Source: Asterionella formosa (Eukaryota). From it: a DNA stretch of 20,000 nt. Made by a program: the position numbers and the translations under genes. Positions 19,607-20,000 of the stretch are shown here, in pieces; position 1 is the first letter of the stretch; each line of letters starts with the position of its first letter. The stretch is taken from positions 48,795 to 68,794 of the forward strand of contig NKIB01012878.1 of the NCBI GenBank assembly GCA_002256025.1, read 5' to 3'. Under the pieces are notes generated by a model. That model did no database searches. It was not told the origin of the DNA and saw only the letters and a list, made by a program, of their open reading frames with translations.

Positions 19607-20000
19607 GATTAGAAATATATCGATTGTTATAGACACCTGTATTCGCAATGATGATGATGAACCATGGAAGAATCAGAAACGATGTCAATTTGTGGAGGAA
19701 GAAACGAGCATGCATGGATGGGTATTATTACGTGTATAATGTACATAGGGACTGGTAGTCTCTACCAACTATAATTATACTAAAACTATGATGTACCCGC
19801 TATACGGCATGCACACATACTGCATACCGGTACCAGGTACCTAGTTTCTGCACAATGGGAATGAAATGAACAAAGATTCTTTCTCCCGGAAATGGCTTCT
19901 CGGTGTTGATTGCGTCTTCATGTTGGCTTCCTTGATGACCGCAATGGCGACTTAGATAATGGTTTGAGCGTTATTGGTTTGCATTCAAGTAAAAATGAGA

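Overview
AT-rich eukaryotic nuclear DNA, most likely a diatom or other stramenopile (inferred from the gene content and style). The right end carries two intact-looking, convergent, intronless host genes: mitochondrial ribosomal protein uL24m (17136-17705, +) and an unknown ~553-aa protein with a poly-Q tract (17945-19606, -). Most of the window (~1.8-14.5 kb) is a decayed multi-gene island that the ORF track shows only as fragments. Joining frames gives one Plavaka/CACTA(EnSpm)-like transposase pseudogene (-, ~4778-7200), two diverged paralogous Ulp1/C48-like cysteine-protease pseudogenes (+, ~2487-4724 and ~10245-12433), and three diverged paralogs of an unrecognised protein family X (+ ~7211-7640, - 7689-9479, - ~12510-13514). 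These six genes alternate strand strictly. Three diverged copies of a non-coding block lie 5' of several of them. The best interpretation is the fossil of a giant cargo-carrying Plavaka-type DNA transposon, or nested related elements. Several frameshifts are exact 4-bp tandem duplications. The flanks hold other degraded TE-like fragments, a GGTTTAATT palindrome cluster and GTAC-rich simple repeats. All alignments and family calls were made by eye, without database searches.
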